Positions 8,026 through 16,770 of a stretch of DNA of 25,551 nt are shown piece after piece; the stretch's first letter is position 1; every line of letters starts with the position of its first letter. A model generated the notes under the pieces. It was not told the origin of the DNA, searched no databases, and saw only the letters and a list, made by a program, of their open reading frames with translations. The DNA is from a virus (lineage: Duplodnaviria > Caudoviricetes). The position numbers and the translations under genes were made by a program. The DNA is taken from IMG/VR virus record IMGVR_UViG_3300020171_000124, positions 1 through 25,551 of that record; one strand, 5' to 3'.

Positions 8026-8933
8026 TTCTTGACGCTCCCCGTCGCCTTGCCCCTCAGTATCTTCACCACTTCAGGCGTCTCCTCCTTGAGCGTCCGCCTC
8101 AGGTACGGCCTGCGGTTCGATCGGCTCGTCAGCTCCAGTATCTTGCCGTAGAACTTCTTCGTGCCAACACGGATGAACGTAACGTTGCCAGCGTGCTCTA
8201 TGTCCCCGCGGTACACGGACCGCATCAGGTCCTTCGTTATGGCCCGCGGGAACTCGCCGAGTTTGCTGTGCTGGACTACCTTGAACGCCTTCTCCCGGCC
8301 CGGCTTGCCGCGCCACATCACGTACGTCGTGCGGCCCGCCACCTTGTGCATCGTCACCTTCGTGGCCCGGTACCGCGTCTCCATCGCCGTCTTGGCGTGC
8401 TCGTGCCACCACATAGGTGTGATGGCCGACACCGCGGACATCTTGCCCTGCCGAACGTCCTTGATGAACTTCCGTGTCTCACTGTCCCGCGGGCCCAGCG
8501 TGGCATTCTTCTTCTTGCTCGCTCGCAACGGCCGCGACTTCCGCGAGTAGTCGGCCCCGCGCCTCGACCTCCACCACGCTCCGCGCCGCTTCTTCGGCTT
8601 CTTCGTCCCCTTCTTGTACTGCTTGTACGCCTTCGCAGCCTTCTTCTTCACCCCGGTCAGCCACTTGCCTACCTTCTTCTTTTTCTTGCCGAATGCCTTA
8701 GCCACCTTCGCCGCAGACTTCTTCGCCTTGCCGAACTTCTTCTCCCACTTCGTCGCCTTGGTGCTGAAGATGCCCGTCTTGCCGATATTCTGGATCACCT
8801 TGTTCTTCAGGAACTGCCCGGCCCGCAGCACCCGCTGCTCAATCTTCTTCTTCAGCGCCTCCGCTGCCTTCTCCTCGTCGCTCCGGTACTCGATCGTCCC
8901 CGCCTCGGTTCGTATCGTCCCTTGGCTTGCCAT
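8022..8933 (-). CDS. HK97 gp10-like neck/tail completion protein with Lys-rich insertion
   Basis: The C-terminus 'IRVGT..FYG.ILE.....RRPYLRRTLKE' is typical of the family. It is about twice the usual length. Confidence 0.7.
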   Translation of the reverse strand: MASQGTIRTEAGTIEYRSDEEKAAEALKKKIEQRVLRAGQFLKNKVIQNIGKTGIFSTKATKWEKKFGKAKKSAAKVAKAFGKKKKKVGKWLTGVKKKAAKAYKQYKKGTKKPKKRRGAWWRSRRGADYSRKSRPLRASKKKNATLGPRDSETRKFIKDVRQGKMSAVSAITPMWWHEHAKTAMETRYRATKVTMHKVAGRTTYVMWRGKPGREKAFKVVQHSKLGEFPRAITKDLMRSVYRGDIEHAGNVTFIRVGTKKFYGKILELTSRSNRRPYLRRTLKEETPEVVKILRGKATGSVKK

Positions 8934-8934
8934 G

Positions 8935-9279
8935 TCACGGCGTCAGCTCCACCTGGGGGACGTGCTCCGCTATCACGGCCCACATCCGGTCCATGTTCCC
9001 CGCGTTGGTTATCTCCCTGCACCGCCACACCTTCGAGTCCCACACCAGTGCGTTTGCCAGCGTCAGCGACGGGTCCGCCGCGAATAGGAACTGGTACATC
9101 TGGTTGAGCCCCTCCTGCTCGAACTTCCACGCCTGCCGGCTCGTCAACTCCACCACGCGGCACTTCAGCGAGGCCGTCTCTGCGGACAACGCCTCCGACG
9201 TGTGCATCGCCGCGTCCTTCGTCGCGGTCAACGTCCGGACGCTCACGGTGTCCCGGTTGCACAGGGCAGCGAGGGTCAT
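8935..9279 (-). CDS. Head closure / head-tail joining protein (SPP1 gp16-like)
   Basis: 114 aa, beta-rich, translationally coupled to the adaptor gene, in the canonical position. Confidence 0.68.
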   Translation of the reverse strand: MTLAALCNRDTVSVRTLTATKDAAMHTSEALSAETASLKCRVVELTSRQAWKFEQEGLNQMYQFLFAADPSLTLANALVWDSKVWRCREITNAGNMDRMWAVIAEHVPQVELTP

Positions 9280-10052
9280 CAGTAGATCCTCCCGTACATG
9301 CGGTACGGCTGGAGCAGCAGCTTCGACTCGCGCGGCAGCGATACCGACACGGCCAACTGCTGCGCGGACGAGCCCTCCACCGAGTAGCTGTAGCCTGATA
9401 TCGACTCGCTCGTTATCACACCGACCGCCCCGCGGTTCGCGTCCACCCTCTGCGCGACGTTCTGGTTGTACTCCTTCTGGATCGCCAGCAAGGTCGCCAG
9501 CCGGATGTCAGCGGCATCCGCCGTCGTGGCCGTCCCCTTCAACTCTTCTTCCGTGAATCCGGCAAAGTAGCTCACTTTGACCGAACCCTCCAGGATCGGC
9601 CAGTTCGCGCCGATCCGCTTCAGGTGCCCCGCCTTACTCCACACGCCGTCCTCCGTCTCGAACGCGAAGTCCGTCCCGATGACGAGCAGGTCCGCCGCCG
9701 CGAAGGCCGCCGCGTCGCCGAAGTACGCCCCCTCGTGCTCCCACACCTGGAGCCCGGCCTTCAGCACGTATTTGTGGTCGAGCTGGAGTATCTGGCTCTG
9801 CCCGCCGGACAGCGCCACCATGTCGCCCCCACGCAGCACGCCGCGCGCCGGCGTCGGGTCTGTCTGATATGTGTATTGCCCGCCAGATCGCCCGCGCGGG
9901 TAGTATCGCGTGTGAGCCGTCGTCGGCTTCACGGGGTCCCACCGCAGGAACTTGACGACGGCACGCTCGGCGCCGGGCTTCAACAGCAGCAGGGCCGCGT
10001 CAGTCGAGTCGCACCCGCAGAAGCGGGCGGCGTCGGTGTCCGTCACGATCAC
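9279..10052 (-). CDS. Head-tail adaptor (HK97 gp6/SPP1 gp15-like, long form)
   Basis: 'VKVSYFAGF...DIRLATL...ITSESISGYSYS...LLQPYR' signature; GGAGG RBS. Confidence 0.8.
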   Translation of the reverse strand: MIVTDTDAARFCGCDSTDAALLLLKPGAERAVVKFLRWDPVKPTTAHTRYYPRGRSGGQYTYQTDPTPARGVLRGGDMVALSGGQSQILQLDHKYVLKAGLQVWEHEGAYFGDAAAFAAADLLVIGTDFAFETEDGVWSKAGHLKRIGANWPILEGSVKVSYFAGFTEEELKGTATTADAADIRLATLLAIQKEYNQNVAQRVDANRGAVGVITSESISGYSYSVEGSSAQQLAVSVSLPRESKLLLQPYRMYGRIY

Positions 10053-10055
10053 GTC

Positions 10056-10664
10056 TCAACCTCCAGGTCCTTTTGGTACGGACTTCGGCTCGGCTATCCT
10101 GTCGAGAATGCCGATCATTTTCTGGTGTTCCACAGATCGCGCCGCCGATTCCTTGTTGAGTCCCTCTAGGAATGCGATCGACTTCTGGTGTTCCGCTGTC
10201 TGCATCGCGTGCTGAGCCGACAACTCCTCCAGTCGCGTGACGTTTTTCTCGGCTTCAAGTTGTCGGCGATCATGCTGGGCGGTTATCTGTTTCTGCCATT
10301 CCTGCTGAGACCTCTGGATCTCGTTCGTGACCTTGAACTGCTGCTCTTGCAGAAGTTGCGTCTTGTCCATGAGTTTGGAGATGTACCCAATGACTTCCTG
10401 CTGCGCCGTGAGCGACTGGATGCGCGCCTGACTCTCCGGGATGCCGCAGAAGTACCCCCATGTACAGAAGGCGATTATGAGGATCGTCAGAACGCCCGTC
10501 GGTTTGGCCACCACCTCCGTGACCTTCGGCAGGCCGAAGATGACCCACCTGATCGGCGCGGGCAACTCCTTCAAAGTGCCGTTGTTGTTGGCTGGATTCT
10601 TTTCAGGCGGTGTCGGCTCAACTGTTGCCATAATCGCGTCCTTCCGGCTTTCCGTCGCGCCCAT
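10056..10664 (-). CDS. Hypothetical membrane protein with coiled-coil (start may be ATG 10631)
   Basis: One hydrophobic segment (VLTILIIAFCTWGYFC) followed by Q/E-rich heptads. A holin-like role is possible but unsupported. Confidence 0.7.
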   Translation of the reverse strand: MGATESRKDAIMATVEPTPPEKNPANNNGTLKELPAPIRWVIFGLPKVTEVVAKPTGVLTILIIAFCTWGYFCGIPESQARIQSLTAQQEVIGYISKLMDKTQLLQEQQFKVTNEIQRSQQEWQKQITAQHDRRQLEAEKNVTRLEELSAQHAMQTAEHQKSIAFLEGLNKESAARSVEHQKMIGILDRIAEPKSVPKGPGG

Positions 10665-10682
10665 CTAATATTCGTTATTAGC
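10664..10682. promoter_or_regulatory. 19-bp palindromic motif, copy B (TCTAATATTCGTTATTAGC)
   Basis: 17/19 match to copy A; it directly follows the stop codon of 10683..10844. Confidence 0.75.
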
Positions 10683-10844
10683 TCACTTCGTCAGGTAGCC
10701 CCGCCGCCCAGACCCCATACAGGCCGGGCACACCCGCAACGTCTCCCTCGTCCGGCCGTTCGCCTGCTTGATCCGCACCGGGGTCCGGCCCTCCCCCCTG
10801 CACTCCCGGCAGAGCGCCTTACTCAGTTCGGCCCTTGCTTGCAT
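10683..10844 (-). CDS. 53-aa DnaJ-type zinc finger protein (not in ORF track)
   Basis: MQARAELSKALCRECRGEGRTPVRIKQANGRTRETLRVCPACMGSGRRGYLTK contains two CxxCxGxG motifs; GGGGGA RBS. Confidence 0.78.
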   Translation of the reverse strand: MQARAELSKALCRECRGEGRTPVRIKQANGRTRETLRVCPACMGSGRRGYLTK

Positions 10845-10861
10845 CGCGCTGTCCCCCTAGC

Positions 10862-10910
10862 AAAAGGCCGGCCTGCCCGCTCCGCGACGAGCGGGGCGGG
10901 CACGACCGGC
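10862..10910 (-). terminator. Putative intrinsic terminator
   Basis: GCCGG-TC-GTGCCCGC...GCGGGCA-GG-CCGGC stem followed by CTTTT (short U-tract). Confidence 0.55.
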
Positions 10911-10925
10911 TACAGTCGAGGGCGA
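10904..10925. repeat. 22-bp dispersed inverted repeat, copy 1 (GACCGGCTACAGTCGAGGGCGA)
   Basis: Exact reverse complement of 25398..25419. Confidence 0.9.
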
Positions 10926-10951
10926 AAGCGACTGCGACTTGGATGCCCGCG

Positions 10952-11551
10952 TCACGACAACGCCGCGAACGACACGGGCTCTGTCTCGATTCGCGCCCCA
11001 GCTCCCTCACCGCGAAGTTTCGCCAGCTCCTCGGCGGTTGCGTAGGGGCTCTCTGTCTCCTTCGTCACCGGGTTGATGATCCGCAGCGACCCGTACCGTA
11101 TCTTCAGTTGGCCGGGCATCGCCAGCACCTCGTCCTTGGTCGGGAACTGCCCGTGCCGGACGATCGCCTTCCCGCCCTCGACGTATCCAAGCATCGCCCA
11201 CAGGGCGCTCTTGACCTCCGTCTCCGTCAGGTTCCGCATGACGGACGTGTCCCACGGGCGGCCCTGCGCGAGGGTCGCGCCCTTCAGGATCACGTTCGCC
11301 CTCCGTAGCGTCTCCTGGTTCTCCGGCCACGCCAGCGGGTCCATCGCCCGCAGGCACCGCGACTTCAGGTCCAAGGCCACGTGGATGCCGGGGATGTCCG
11401 GCATGTTCGTCATTTGGGTGTTCGAGCTGGTGTCAGTCACGCGGGCCCTGTCCCACCTGCCGCGCAGCACCGCCCCCAGCGGCTCGAACAGGAACCGCTG
11501 GTTCTTGTTGCCCGCCAGTTCGATCACCAACTCCTTCGGATTCCAATTCAT
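10952..11551 (-). CDS. Hypothetical protein downstream of major capsid gene
   Basis: 199-aa ORF with typical composition and GAGAGGG RBS; no family recognised. Confidence 0.78.
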   Translation of the reverse strand: MNWNPKELVIELAGNKNQRFLFEPLGAVLRGRWDRARVTDTSSNTQMTNMPDIPGIHVALDLKSRCLRAMDPLAWPENQETLRRANVILKGATLAQGRPWDTSVMRNLTETEVKSALWAMLGYVEGGKAIVRHGQFPTKDEVLAMPGQLKIRYGSLRIINPVTKETESPYATAEELAKLRGEGAGARIETEPVSFAALS

Positions 11552-11588
11552 CGTTTCGCCCTCTCGTGTGCGGCGCTGGATTAGAGAG

Positions 11589-11625
11589 GGCGGGGCCGGG
11601 CGCGCCGAAGACTCCCGGCCCCGCC
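11589..11625 (-). terminator. Strong hairpin after the capsid gene (stabiliser or weak terminator)
   Basis: 12-bp perfect stem GGCGGGGCCGGG/CCCGGCCCCGCC enclosing C-UUCG-G. The tail CTCTCT is not a U-tract. Confidence 0.55.
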
Positions 11626-11641
11626 GTACACGTCCCCAGGA

Positions 11642-13243
11642 TCAGGTCTGCCAGTTGTCGCTGTAGGCCGCAGCCGACCCGGAGGTCAACTTGCCGCCCC
11701 AGCGGGCCCTGGTGATGATCTCGGTCAGGTTCGCGCGGGCCAGCGTGTCGCCGGCGGTCTCCACGCGGACGTTCATGCCCAGCCGCCGATACATGCGGTA
11801 CCGGCTCAGGTTGCAGAAGAACGCCACGGTGTTCGCCATGTCGTTCTGGATGGCCACCGCCGAGCCGTCGGCCAGCTCGTACGAACTCCACCGCATGCCG
11901 AACGCCCGGGTCTGCCAGCCGGACGCCTCCGCGATGCTCACCGCCCGCTGGTAGCTGGTGTCGTTCATCACGAACCGGCACCGGTTGAGCGGCGTGCGGT
12001 ACGGCAGGGTGACGCCGAAGTAGAGCTTCTCGAAGTCGACCACCTGCGGGGCCGCGTTCGCGCCTCCCGCCGGGTTGCCGATGTCGGTCATGCCCGAGGT
12101 GGCGTTGACGAGGCCCTGCGGCTCCGTGGTCCCGTCGCCGTTGGCGATCTGGTTGTCCAGCCATTCCTGGTACTTCTCACCCAACTTCTGGGTGATGATC
12201 GCGGCGATGTTGACCGGCGAGTCCTCCTGGAAGTCGTTGCCGATCTGGATCGCGGCCACCGCGTTGTAGATCGTGGTGTCGAACGCCGCGATGAACGTGG
12301 TGGTGTCGAACAGGCTGATGGCCGTCCCCTCGGCCGTGCCCGACGTGACGGTCACGTTGCCGATGCTGAACCCCTCGACCCGGCGCCCGCGCGTCAAGGT
12401 CTGAGTCTCGACCAGCGGGAAGAGCTGGCCGTAGAGCACCGGAATGGTGATCACCGCGTTGTCGAACACGATGGGGGCCGCCTCGAGCCCGCCCGACGTG
12501 CTGTCGTCCAGCAGGGCCTTGCGCTCGAAGTCGAACAGTTTGCGGCCGTCGATCTCGTACTTCTCCCCGGCGGCCACGCCCGACCACTTCTCCTCGTGCA
12601 GGGCGTAGTCGAGCAACTGCTTGTCGTGCTCCGTCATCTGGAGCCAACGGGGCAGCCGTCCGTTGCACCCGGCCGCGCAGGCAAACTTGAAGTAGGCGCC
12701 GCTGATGGCCCGGTCCCTCTCGCTGGACGACTCCAACGGGATGCGCTCCTGGCCCGGCAGGAATGCCGGCTGGCCGCGCAGGTGGACGTGCTTCGTGTCC
12801 ATCGGATAGCACAGGTGCGTGCGGCTGCTGGAGTAACTCTCGACGGGGCTCTTGACCCGCGCCTGGGTCTTCTCCCCTTCGCTGGTTCCCGCCAACACCT
12901 GCGCCGGCGTGTGCTGGCTGTCCGGCTTGACCCGTTCCATGATCCCACTCATGGCCTTGGTCACCGCGCCGTCGATCTCGTCGGCCAGGGAGACCTTCTT
13001 CTCCGTCTTGGCCATCTTCTCGACCAGCGGGGCCATCGCCTTCTCGACCGCCTTGGCGACGGCGTCGCCCAGCTCGTCCTTCGGGTCCGGCTCGTCGGGC
13101 GCGGTCAGCTCCGCGATCTTCGCCGCGTCGAGCTTGCCCTCGGTGATGGCCTTGGTCATCGCTCCGAGGAACTCGGTGTCGCTGGCCGCCTCAGCAGCAT
13201 ACTTCTGCTCGATCAGCCAGCCCTTCATCTTCTTGGTAAGCAT
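11642..13243 (-). CDS. Major capsid protein, HK97 fold, with long N-terminal delta/scaffold region
   Basis: 'SGGLEAAPIVFDNAVI', 'LDNQIANGDGTTEPQGL', 'FVMND' and 'FFCNLSRY..YRR' motifs; follows the protease; GAGGAG RBS. Confidence 0.92.
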   Translation of the reverse strand: MLTKKMKGWLIEQKYAAEAASDTEFLGAMTKAITEGKLDAAKIAELTAPDEPDPKDELGDAVAKAVEKAMAPLVEKMAKTEKKVSLADEIDGAVTKAMSGIMERVKPDSQHTPAQVLAGTSEGEKTQARVKSPVESYSSSRTHLCYPMDTKHVHLRGQPAFLPGQERIPLESSSERDRAISGAYFKFACAAGCNGRLPRWLQMTEHDKQLLDYALHEEKWSGVAAGEKYEIDGRKLFDFERKALLDDSTSGGLEAAPIVFDNAVITIPVLYGQLFPLVETQTLTRGRRVEGFSIGNVTVTSGTAEGTAISLFDTTTFIAAFDTTIYNAVAAIQIGNDFQEDSPVNIAAIITQKLGEKYQEWLDNQIANGDGTTEPQGLVNATSGMTDIGNPAGGANAAPQVVDFEKLYFGVTLPYRTPLNRCRFVMNDTSYQRAVSIAEASGWQTRAFGMRWSSYELADGSAVAIQNDMANTVAFFCNLSRYRMYRRLGMNVRVETAGDTLARANLTEIITRARWGGKLTSGSAAAYSDNWQT

Positions 13244-13282
13244 TTGCTCACTCCTCTGAAAGGCTGCGCCGGCCGTAACGGC

Positions 13283-15013
13283 TCAGCGCTTGGAATTGGA
13301 ACGCAGAAACCTGTCGATCATTGCCTTCGCCTTCGCCCTCTTCAACCCGTCTATCTTGCTGTCGAGCAGCGCCTTCACCGCCCGCAGTTGCTTCTCGTCG
13401 CCGATCTCCGCGACCTTCTGGACAAGGACCTCCAGCGCGGATGCCTGCTGCGTGGTGGCCACCTCGGACACGCTGGACTCGACCGACTCCACCAGGTCCA
13501 GCACCTCGCGCATGCCCGAGTGCGCCTCGCCGATCTTCTCGTGGCACTCGCGCAGCCGCGCCTCGTTCTTGCGGCTCAGCACGCGGCCGTACTTGACGCC
13601 TTCCGGCTCGTGCTCCTTGCCGCCCGGCGCCTGCCCCGTCTCCCGCGCGATCTTGGCGCACAGCCCCTTGGCCTGCTCCTCCGACTTGCCGAGATCCACA
13701 AAGTGAGCGACGCAGCCATCGAACCCGCCCTTGAATGTTCCGTCCTCGTTCATGTGCGGGTCCTTCGGCTCCTCCTTGGCCTTCGACTCGGCCATCGTCT
13801 TCGCCACTAGGCCGAGGTCCTCGTCGTCGCCGCTGGACTCCTCCTCCTCATCGGCCGGCTCGTCCGCAGGCGTGTCGCCCTGTCCCTCGCGCTCGACCGG
13901 GGCTGACTTCTCCGGCTTCTCCGCTGGCCACTTGCCGACGCACTGCTTGTGCAGCCACGCGCAGAACCCCTCCTTGTTGTCCCCGACCTCCGCCTCGAAC
14001 TTGCCAAGGTCCTTCTCCATACAGCGGGTGAAGAAGTCGGCGTCGTCGCCGAGCGACTCGCACAGGCCCTTCATCATCTGCTCGGGCATCTCCTTTAGGT
14101 CGAGCTTGACGGCCTTGAAGCCCTTGGCCCTTGCCGCCTGCGCGCACGTCGGGCAGAACTTCTCCAGCACCTCGACCGGGATGCCCGTCTCACCGGACGA
14201 CTTGACCCAGGCATCCACCCGGGCCTGCCACGGGTCCACAGCCGCCGCCGCGAACACCTTCTGCCTCTGGTCGTACTCCCGCCCGGCCCACGCCTTCATC
14301 AGCGGATCGTGCAGCTTGCCGCGGGAGAACGCCGTGATCACCGCGTCCGTGTTGGACGGCACCGTAACCAGCGACTCCTCCATCACCTCGAACCGCTGCA
14401 CGTCGAACCCGGCAGTCGGGCACTTCTCCGGGTCTACCGCCTTCGCCATCGGCTGGAACTTCAGCGGCCGGAACCCGTGGGAGAACCGCAGCGCCCCGAA
14501 CTCGACCAGCGTGGCCGCGTCCCGGCCAGCCTCCGTGTCCACGATGGCCGTCGCCACCTTGACCTCCTTCGGCGAGCGGCTCAGCACGCGCAGCATCCGT
14601 CCCAAGGGCATCGGGAGCATGTGGTGCCAGAGCAGCGGCATGTTCGGGTCCAACTCCGCGCCATCGGAGCGCATGATGTCCCCGTCGCGGTCCACCTTGC
14701 TGCTCGTGAGCACGTTCTCCAGCACCATGAGCGTGTTCTTCGGGGCCTTCACGTCGAGTCGCTTGCAGAAGTCCTTGATGCCGGAGCCAGCCTCGAACAC
14801 GTCCGCGACTGTCTCCTCGTTCGAGTACGTCAGCTTCGTCGCCGCGTCCTTCAGGATCGCCGCCTTCTCCGTGTCCGTCTGGCCGGAGCACTCCAGCACG
14901 CCCGCCACGTACCGGTCGGCGGTGACGATGCCATACCCGAAGCGCGTCGCCGTCATGCCGCGATCCCGCACGGCCTTGACCAGTTCGGCGTTCTGCTGCT
15001 CCCAGTCTGCCAT
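13283..15013 (-). CDS. HK97-family prohead protease with long C-terminal extension
   Basis: DRDGD, PLLWHH (catalytic His), PLGR, FSHGF (catalytic Ser) and EESLVTVPSN motifs. Confidence 0.9.
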   Translation of the reverse strand: MADWEQQNAELVKAVRDRGMTATRFGYGIVTADRYVAGVLECSGQTDTEKAAILKDAATKLTYSNEETVADVFEAGSGIKDFCKRLDVKAPKNTLMVLENVLTSSKVDRDGDIMRSDGAELDPNMPLLWHHMLPMPLGRMLRVLSRSPKEVKVATAIVDTEAGRDAATLVEFGALRFSHGFRPLKFQPMAKAVDPEKCPTAGFDVQRFEVMEESLVTVPSNTDAVITAFSRGKLHDPLMKAWAGREYDQRQKVFAAAAVDPWQARVDAWVKSSGETGIPVEVLEKFCPTCAQAARAKGFKAVKLDLKEMPEQMMKGLCESLGDDADFFTRCMEKDLGKFEAEVGDNKEGFCAWLHKQCVGKWPAEKPEKSAPVEREGQGDTPADEPADEEEESSGDDEDLGLVAKTMAESKAKEEPKDPHMNEDGTFKGGFDGCVAHFVDLGKSEEQAKGLCAKIARETGQAPGGKEHEPEGVKYGRVLSRKNEARLRECHEKIGEAHSGMREVLDLVESVESSVSEVATTQQASALEVLVQKVAEIGDEKQLRAVKALLDSKIDGLKRAKAKAMIDRFLRSNSKR

Positions 15014-15025
15014 GAGGATTATTCC

Positions 15026-16324
15026 TTACAGTGCGGACGATGAGGACGTGCTGTGCGAGCAACTGGAGCACGACGAAGAGGACGAATTGCTGCTCGATGA
15101 CGATGAACTGCTGAACGTGATCACCGATGACGACGAGGATGACGATGAAGAGGAACTGAACGTGACCACCGATGATGATGATGAGTATATGATCACTGAT
15201 GAGCTTGATGTTGAACTCGACGAAGAACTTGACGAGGAGAACGTGATAATCGACGAACTCGACGATGAAGAAGACGAACTGAATGTGATCATGGACGATG
15301 AAGACGTACTTGACGACGACGAGAATGTGATCACCGACGACGACGATGAACTTGACGAAGAGAAGGTGATCACCGACGACGACGTTGACGATGAGGAGGA
15401 ACTCACACTTGATGCCGTTGAGGATGATGTTGACGATGAACTGTACTCTGCCACCGAACTCGTGGCCGGTGAAGATGTGCATGCGCTGCTGCTCCGACTC
15501 AGCACGCCAGTCGAAGTGGTACTCGAACTGCTGGTGCTTGAGGACGACCCTGACGATCCGCCGGTCGATGCCGTGGACGAAGTGCAGGACGACGAGGAAC
15601 CAGTGCTCGTGGAAACGGATGAACCGCTGGAGTAGCTGGCCGAGGTGCAACTCGACGACGATGTTGACGACGAGGACGTTGACGATGAGGAATTCGTGTG
15701 TGACGAACTGGATGTCGAGGAGGAAGACGTGCCCGACGACGAGGACGAGGACGTGTGGCTCGTACTGCTGCTGCTGTTCGTGCTGAAGGATGTCTTTGTC
15801 TGGGTCGACTGCGTGATGCTCGACTTGGACGAACTGCTCACGGACGACTTCGACAGTGATGAAGTGGACGTGGACGACGAGGAGCTGACGTACGGGCCGC
15901 TGGTCGTGGACACGGAACTGGCGGACTGCGTTGAATTCGACGAGGACGACGTGCTGGAGCTGCTGGAAGATGTGGCCGTCTCCGACGTGCTCGATGCCGA
16001 GCAGTACTCGATGGAATTGACTACGATCGGGTCCGGCGCCTTCACATACGGCGAGTGGGCGGCGACGACCAGTTGCACCCAGGCGGACTCGTTTCCATCG
16101 TTCGTCACGTCCTGGCACATGAATAGGAGCGTTGTCTCCTCCGCCACCTCGATCTCGTACTCCGTGGTGGCAGCGGTCAGCATCGTCTCGACGAGCTTCG
16201 CCGTGCTGCGGAACGTCGCTGGGTCCGCGTCGATCGTGTTCTGGTTGTAGACGCGGAAGTTCCTGTAGGCGATGATGGAGGCGTCGGCACTCGGCAACCG
16301 CACGGTCACTAGCACGTTGGCCAT
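15026..16324 (-). CDS. FN3/Ig-like N-domain + ~325-aa poly-Ser/Thr tail, putative virion protein
   Basis: Start placed at ATG 16324 (GGAG RBS; the upstream track extension is a terminator hairpin). The 'DGNESAW' motif is FN3-like. VITF repeats occur in the Ser tract. Confidence 0.82.
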   Translation of the reverse strand: MANVLVTVRLPSADASIIAYRNFRVYNQNTIDADPATFRSTAKLVETMLTAATTEYEIEVAEETTLLFMCQDVTNDGNESAWVQLVVAAHSPYVKAPDPIVVNSIEYCSASSTSETATSSSSSSTSSSSNSTQSASSVSTTSGPYVSSSSSTSTSSLSKSSVSSSSKSSITQSTQTKTSFSTNSSSSTSHTSSSSSSGTSSSSTSSSSHTNSSSSTSSSSTSSSSCTSASYSSGSSVSTSTGSSSSCTSSTASTGGSSGSSSSTSSSSTTSTGVLSRSSSACTSSPATSSVAEYSSSSTSSSTASSVSSSSSSTSSSVITFSSSSSSSSSVITFSSSSSTSSSSMITFSSSSSSSSSSIITFSSSSSSSSSTSSSSVIIYSSSSSVVTFSSSSSSSSSSSVITFSSSSSSSSNSSSSSCSSCSHSTSSSSAL

Positions 16325-16338
16325 CGCCTTCACTCCAC

Positions 16339-16392
16339 AAAAAAAGAGCCCGGCTGCCGCGACCCTCGTCAAGTCGCAGCCACCAGGCTCTT
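16339..16392 (-). terminator. Intrinsic terminator/attenuator
   Basis: AAGAGCC-TGG-TG-GCTGCGAC/loop/GTCGCGGC-AG-CCG-GGCTC followed by T7, ending just before the RBS of 15026..16324. Confidence 0.72.
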
Positions 16393-16414
16393 GTCTCAAG
16401 ACGCCCGAGACTTC

Positions 16415-16630
16415 CTACCCGTCGTTCCGCTTCAAATCGCTGGGCCGATGGGTGCCGAACTGGTCGAGGTGAACCTCCGTCAGCTCACCTCCCCGCACGC
16501 TGTACTTCAGCACCACGTCGCTGAACGCGCCGGCCTCTTGCAGCCGGTCGACGGCCTGCCTCGCGGCGACCGCCATCACGTCCAGCAGCCGGACCTCCTC
16601 GTCGGAGGGCACGTGCGACCTCAGCACCAT
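16415..16630 (-). CDS. Small hypothetical protein (71 aa)
   Basis: ATG 16630 with GGGGGAG RBS. Helix plus beta-hairpin pattern (FSDVVLKYSVRGGELTEV) reminiscent of YezD/DUF2292-like small proteins, unverified. Confidence 0.65.
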   Translation of the reverse strand: MVLRSHVPSDEEVRLLDVMAVAARQAVDRLQEAGAFSDVVLKYSVRGGELTEVHLDQFGTHRPSDLKRNDG

Positions 16631-16641
16631 CCCGCTCACTC

Positions 16642-16678
16642 CCCCAGTGTCCCCCGGCGACCCGGCCGGTGTCAATGC
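16642..16678 (-). promoter_or_regulatory. Putative promoter P2: GCATTGACA-N17-GGACACTGGGG
   Basis: Consensus -35 TTGACA, 18-bp spacer, -10-like GACACT. The boxes and spacing are identical to those at 25427..25463. Confidence 0.72.
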
Positions 16679-16770
16679 GCTTTCTGCCTCGCGGACCCGC
16701 TCCGATGGGTGGACGCCGAACTCGCGCCCATGTATAAATAATAATTAGATGGACCGTCGCGCGCCCACGC

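Noticed and set aside
13731-16250. Long plus-strand Asp/Glu-rich ORFs (13731..15635, 15645..16250; likewise 5293..5880, 6478..7104, 20748..21893)
   Set aside because: These are antisense shadows of the poly-Ser tracts: runs of TCN codons read as GAN on the other strand. They lack RBSs and overlap well-supported minus-strand genes.
14190-16340. 716-aa minus-strand V/I/F-rich ORF (and the similar 5914..7029)
   Set aside because: Alternative frame of the Ser repeats that overlaps the protease. High GC and repeat bias explain the lack of stops.
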